From Nemertoderma westbladi (lineage: Eukaryota; Animalia; Xenacoelomorpha), in NCBI GenBank assembly GCA_032718475.1, contig JAUCBJ010005732.1:11892-75891 (forward strand): a stretch of DNA of 64,000 nucleotides, read 5' to 3'. The stretch's first letter is position 1; each line of letters begins with the position of its first letter. The translations under genes and the position numbers were made by a program. The notes under the pieces are model-generated. The model was not told the DNA's origin. It was given only the letters and a program-made list of their open reading frames with translations, and did no database searches. This document shows, piece after piece, positions 60,014 through 64,000 of the stretch.

Positions 60014-60886
60014 ATGGCCACAGATACATATATCACTCTACTTTCAGATAGCTCATTAAGCACTTACCCCAATAATAATCCTAGCGAGTTTACTGTTGAT
60101 TTAGCCGAAGAATTATATATTGGTCCAAACGCTAAAATTGGTCTAGCGGAACTTCAATACCAAGCAACATACAGTAATATTACGCTGCAAACTCAAATCT
60201 CGCTGTCAATCGGCGTCGATGCCAAGGATGCCAAATTATACAGTTTATTTCCTGGTATGCATAGCTCTATTCAAGTCATTATTGATGATATAAATAAACT
60301 GTTTAATTCTGAAGCAAAATATAGAGATTTCGAATTCATTTTTAATACAAATAATTCTAGAATTAAATTTAAATTTCCTAAAAAGTTGAAAAAAATACAA
60401 TTAAGTCTACGCGGTGATTTAATACAAATTCTAGGTTTAAAACCGTTATTGGATCAGAATCATCAGAGTATTCCGAATTGGGATATATACAGTACCACTA
60501 CAGTAGATGAATTAAGCAATATAGAACAGCCGATATTAATTTTAAATTATAGAGGAGCAAAAATTTCGGAAATTGGTATTTTAGATTTTCCAGCACCCAC
60601 GAATATTACACGCAATAAAGACACTATCTTCATATATACTGATATTATTGAGAGCTCATTTGTTGGTGACGCTTTAGCGCCGCTCTTAAGAACCTGCCCT
60701 TTAACGCAATTAAATCGAAAATATATTAATCACGAATACGAGAGCATTTGCTATTTCCCCTTGTTGAATAAAAAACTAAAAACAATCTTAATTACTTTAC
60801 GAGACGGACAGGGGCAACTAATTAATTTCAACGGAGGTCGCACTGTTACAACACTTAAGTTAATACGTGGTGGCAACGATGGATGA
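60014..60886 (+). CDS. Minor capsid (penton-like) protein 1 (Polinton B)
   Basis: YITLLSDSSLSTYPNNNPSEFTVDL...IFIYTDIIESSFVGDALAPLLR...ILITLRDGQG. Confidence 0.88.
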   Translation: MATDTYITLLSDSSLSTYPNNNPSEFTVDLAEELYIGPNAKIGLAELQYQATYSNITLQTQISLSIGVDAKDAKLYSLFPGMHSSIQVIIDDINKLFNSEAKYRDFEFIFNTNNSRIKFKFPKKLKKIQLSLRGDLIQILGLKPLLDQNHQSIPNWDIYSTTTVDELSNIEQPILILNYRGAKISEIGILDFPAPTNITRNKDTIFIYTDIIESSFVGDALAPLLRTCPLTQLNRKYINHEYESICYFPLLNKKLKTILITLRDGQGQLINFNGGRTVTTLKLIRGGNDG

Positions 60887-61724
60887 ATTCTACGTCAGGT
60901 TGCCTAGTAACTCTTGTCCAATTGATTTTCCCCGCAATAGTGCCAGCAATTATCAGATCAATTTCCACGGTGCCTTACCTATACACCCAAACGAAAACTG
61001 GGTGGTAGGTATAAAAAGTATTTTTTATTTAGCAACATTACCGAGCATGTACAATAATGTTGAGAATGTTATTTTATTAAAAAAAGGGAAAAAAATTTTT
61101 GAGGATACACTTCCATCTGGTTTGTTCTACAGTATCAATGACATTATAGATTATTTTAACACGGGGGCATTGAAAGATAAATTACAAATAGTTGAAAATA
61201 CTCAGCAAAATAGGTTGCAATTTATTTTAGGGAAAGCGGTGCGAGAGTTATTTATAGGTCAACAATTAGCCTATTATTTTGGAATTACTGAAAATAATCT
61301 CGGTGCGAATTTAAATCCAAATTTTAAAATTATTTTGAAGACGAAAAATAACATAAAGGGTTATTTAATAAAGGTTGTCGGAAATGAAGAAAAAGCTTAC
61401 CAGATGGTATTTTTATGCCCACAACCACCCAATTCTATTCCAGAACCTAAGTCGAACATGTACGTGACTACTAATATAATTGAAAATCAATATATTAATG
61501 ACTTTGGTTTAGCTTTACTTCGTCGTGTCGCGATACCTGATGACGTGAAATATGGTAGTGTAATAAATAAAGAATTTGCCAAGGATACAATTCATTATAT
61601 CTCTGTAAAAAAATCATATAAGATAACATACATTCATATTGAAATAACAGACAAAGAAGGAAAAGATTTAAATTTTGAATACAGGACAACATCTATTACT
61701 TTACACTTTAAAAAAATAAATTAA
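60879..61724 (+). CDS. Minor capsid (penton-like) protein 2 (Polinton B)
   Basis: MDEFYVRLPSNSCPIDFPRNSASNY...WVVGI...MYVTTNIIENQYIND..LALLRRV...TSITLHFK. Confidence 0.87.
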   Translation: MDEFYVRLPSNSCPIDFPRNSASNYQINFHGALPIHPNENWVVGIKSIFYLATLPSMYNNVENVILLKKGKKIFEDTLPSGLFYSINDIIDYFNTGALKDKLQIVENTQQNRLQFILGKAVRELFIGQQLAYYFGITENNLGANLNPNFKIILKTKNNIKGYLIKVVGNEEKAYQMVFLCPQPPNSIPEPKSNMYVTTNIIENQYINDFGLALLRRVAIPDDVKYGSVINKEFAKDTIHYISVKKSYKITYIHIEITDKEGKDLNFEYRTTSITLHFKKIN

Positions 61725-61725
61725 A

Positions 61726-62295
61726 ATGGATTCCGATTTATTTCAAAGATACAGTAAACCTCAATATGGTGGCTCAGACTCTAATCTTGCTGTTTTTAAA
61801 GGCGGTAGAAATACGAGAGGCTCGACGCAAGTTCCTGTTTTTCGTGGTGGTTCATATATTGACCCTTACGGACAACAAATTGGTGCATTTGGTCCAAACT
61901 TAAAACAACGTCGTTTTCAACGTTATCGTAGAGGTATGCAGGCAAATCAACACGGGGAAGGTATATTTACAGAGGCTTTATCTACATTGAAAAAATTTGG
62001 TAAACCATTAGCAAAAAAAGTGTTACAAAAAGCTTTACCATTTACCACAAAATTTATGAGACAACACGTAATACCAAAAGGTAAGCGGGTCTTACATCAG
62101 CAGGCTAATACGGTTATTAATAAAGCATTAAATAAAATGAAACCGTCAACCAGATCTGTTGTAGAAAAAGTTTATAGAGACTTAAAGCGACCGACTAGAC
62201 AACCAATGTCTATGAACATACCTCATCATCGTAGTAAAAATAGAAAAATAAAAAAAGGCAAACTGAAAAAACACTGCGAAAAAAGTATTTTTTAA
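61726..62295 (+). CDS. Basic core protein, adenovirus pVII-like (Polinton B)
   Basis: K/R-rich 189 aa; QYGG, VFKGG, VFRGG, QHGEG putative adenain sites. Confidence 0.7.
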   Translation: MDSDLFQRYSKPQYGGSDSNLAVFKGGRNTRGSTQVPVFRGGSYIDPYGQQIGAFGPNLKQRRFQRYRRGMQANQHGEGIFTEALSTLKKFGKPLAKKVLQKALPFTTKFMRQHVIPKGKRVLHQQANTVINKALNKMKPSTRSVVEKVYRDLKRPTRQPMSMNIPHHRSKNRKIKKGKLKKHCEKSIF

Positions 62296-62297
62296 TA

Positions 62298-63557
62298 ATG
62301 TCAATTATTAAGGAATTAGATTTATTTTCTACACAGCCAATACAGACTGAATTTAAAGCAAAGCATTATGAAACAATTTATCCAGTATCCAATCTCCGAA
62401 GTGAATCTAGGGAGGTCATGTTTCTTATCCCAAGATCCAATGAATTCTATACGAAACTGCAAGATGCGTTATTAATTACAAAATGTACAGTACGCTGGGA
62501 TAGACAAGCTGAAAACTCTCATATATATATGCTGAATTACCCTTCAGGGACTATGTGGAGTGATATTAAAATAGACCTTAATGAGAAGCAGGTTGAAAAT
62601 AGCAATAACCATTATTTCTACAAGTCTTACTTATCCAATTTACTATTTACAACTTACGAGGATAAAAACGGGTTACTGGGGGCGGGTGGTTTTCAACAAC
62701 CTTTTTCCGAACATGGAAATGAAATTGACCCCGGCGCGCATCCTATTGACGAAGCCTTTAGTAAACAAATGCAATTTGTAAGCGGGTTGACAATTGATTT
62801 TGATACTGAAACTAAAATAATACAACCCGGGTATGATTTAAGAATGCATTTTAGAAAAGTATCAAATTCGTTTATTTTTAAAATCACCCCAAACGCAAAC
62901 GCAGTGACAAATCTTCGGCTGGAATTAGATGAAATAAAGATCCTAATCCCTAGAATGGAGGTTAATCCGGTAATAGAAAGCAGTCACCTAAAAGGTTTAG
63001 AGAGCTACGATATTGAATATCAATTTCAAAAGAAAGAGGTAACTACATTTACTATTCCCGCACAAACCACAAATTACACCCAAACAAACATATTTGATGG
63101 TAAAAAACCCAAATTAGTTATTATCGGCTTCATAACAAATAACGCTTATTCAGGAGAATTAACTAGCAACCCCTTGAAATTTGAACATTTTAACCTTAGA
63201 CGCGCGGAACTGATTGTAGATGGTCTTCCCGTAGGAGGTGTAATATACGAGCCCAATTTTACAGATGGAACCTATATTTTTGAGTATACACAATTAATGA
63301 AGAACATTAATACATATATTAACGGTTATGGAGGTAATAATATAGACCATGAAACCTACTTAGGTAATTGTCCTCTCCTATCCTGGGAACTAACCGCCGA
63401 CGGTTATGTTAGGGATCCCCAACCATCGATATATACTAATGGGCAATTAAAATTAAGATTTGCCGAACCGTTGGTTGAAACCATAAATGTAATCGTTTTT
63501 AATATTTATGATCAATCATTAAGTTTAAATAGCAGGAAAGAAATACATATCGATTAA
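62298..63557 (+). CDS. Major capsid protein (double jelly-roll, hexon-like; Polinton B)
   Basis: 419 aa intact; ELDLF..PIQ, GKKPKLVIIGF, GELTSNPLKF, LKLRFAEPLVETINVIV motifs typical of Polinton MCP. Confidence 0.9.
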   Translation: MSIIKELDLFSTQPIQTEFKAKHYETIYPVSNLRSESREVMFLIPRSNEFYTKLQDALLITKCTVRWDRQAENSHIYMLNYPSGTMWSDIKIDLNEKQVENSNNHYFYKSYLSNLLFTTYEDKNGLLGAGGFQQPFSEHGNEIDPGAHPIDEAFSKQMQFVSGLTIDFDTETKIIQPGYDLRMHFRKVSNSFIFKITPNANAVTNLRLELDEIKILIPRMEVNPVIESSHLKGLESYDIEYQFQKKEVTTFTIPAQTTNYTQTNIFDGKKPKLVIIGFITNNAYSGELTSNPLKFEHFNLRRAELIVDGLPVGGVIYEPNFTDGTYIFEYTQLMKNINTYINGYGGNNIDHETYLGNCPLLSWELTADGYVRDPQPSIYTNGQLKLRFAEPLVETINVIVFNIYDQSLSLNSRKEIHID

Positions 63558-63559
63558 GT

Positions 63560-64000
63560 ATGTTATCTACAGAGGACCTTGACATGTTTCCCGTGGGAGG
63601 TCACTATTTGGGAGCGTTTCCAGCTAACAAATTACCTAAATTAGATAATAATAAGCGGCGGGATTATGGGTTAATAGTAAATACCGATAAAGAGCATCTG
63701 CCCGGGATTCATTGGATTGCTATATATATACGAGATAATGAAGCCGAAGTATTTGACTCGTTTGGACCAAAATATCCAAACAGATGCATCGAAAAATGGC
63801 TTGAGAAAAATTCCGCGAGGTGGCGTACTACCCGCAAACAATTTCAAGACCCTAGGCGGACCACATGCGGCCTTTACTGTCTTTATTATTTAGTAAATCG
63901 GATTCACACAAACCATCCAATGAGCGCGTTTACAAATAATGTGGAGACAAATGAAATAATATTATATAAATGGCTTGTTAATTATTATAAAATAAACCAA
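63560..64000 (+). CDS. Adenain-like cysteine protease (Polinton B), runs off the window
   Basis: Manual translation MLSTEDLDMFPVGGHYLGAFPANKLP...IVNTD..HLPGIHWIAI...FDSFG...QFQDP...TCGLYCLYYL; 147 codons with no stop before the window end. Confidence 0.92.
   Translation, partial: MLSTEDLDMFPVGGHYLGAFPANKLPKLDNNKRRDYGLIVNTDKEHLPGIHWIAIYIRDNEAEVFDSFGPKYPNRCIEKWLEKNSARWRTTRKQFQDPRRTTCGLYCLYYLVNRIHTNHPMSAFTNNVETNEIILYKWLVNYYKINQ

Larger units (their letters stand above)
55192..64000 (+). mobile_element. Polinton/Maverick element B (left part), apparently intact
   Basis: Starts AGTAGTAGA exactly where polB of A breaks; followed by a non-coding terminal region and uninterrupted ATPase, integrase, two mCP, core, MCP and protease ORFs. 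Confidence 0.92.

Noticed and set aside
43358-64000. A and B as arms of one inverted duplication or a single two-capsid virus
   Set aside because: Homologous proteins are clearly diverged, gene order and accessory genes differ, and a Polinton-type terminus interrupts polB at 55192; nesting explains it better.
45096-64000. Prophage or bacterial contamination (dense intronless genes)
   Set aside because: The gene set (rve integrase, adenain, pPolB, A32 ATPase, DJR capsid) is diagnostic of eukaryotic Polintons and is contiguous with animal TEs.

Overview
AT-rich, intron-containing, transposon-dense animal (probably invertebrate) DNA; no rRNA, tRNA or CRISPR is supported. 1-23 kb is a stack of nested elements: RTE and CRE retrotransposon fragments, non-autonomous TIR elements, and a near full-length CR1-type LINE that splits a Helitron/Pif1 helicase exon and carries a hAT insertion. 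It also holds a complete Penelope-like element with pseudo-LTRs and hammerhead-like motifs. 24.5-30.1 kb is a 3-exon secreted fibrinogen-domain (FReD) gene on the minus strand, probably disabled; its second intron is a ~124-copy 35-bp amplification of its own exon/5' splice-site junction. 31-39 kb is minisatellites and MITEs. 39-64 kb is a nested series: a BEL/Pao LTR element (gag-pro only) is interrupted at 43358 by a decayed Polinton/Maverick (A, minus strand), whose polB is interrupted at 55192 by a distinct, apparently intact Polinton (B, plus strand) that runs off the window. Both Polintons have tandem duplicated minor-capsid genes and adenovirus pX/pVII-like core proteins. A also encodes a TATA-binding-protein homolog and a DEDD/Maelstrom-like protein; B encodes a RING protein. 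All family assignments come from motif recognition by eye, with no database searches.
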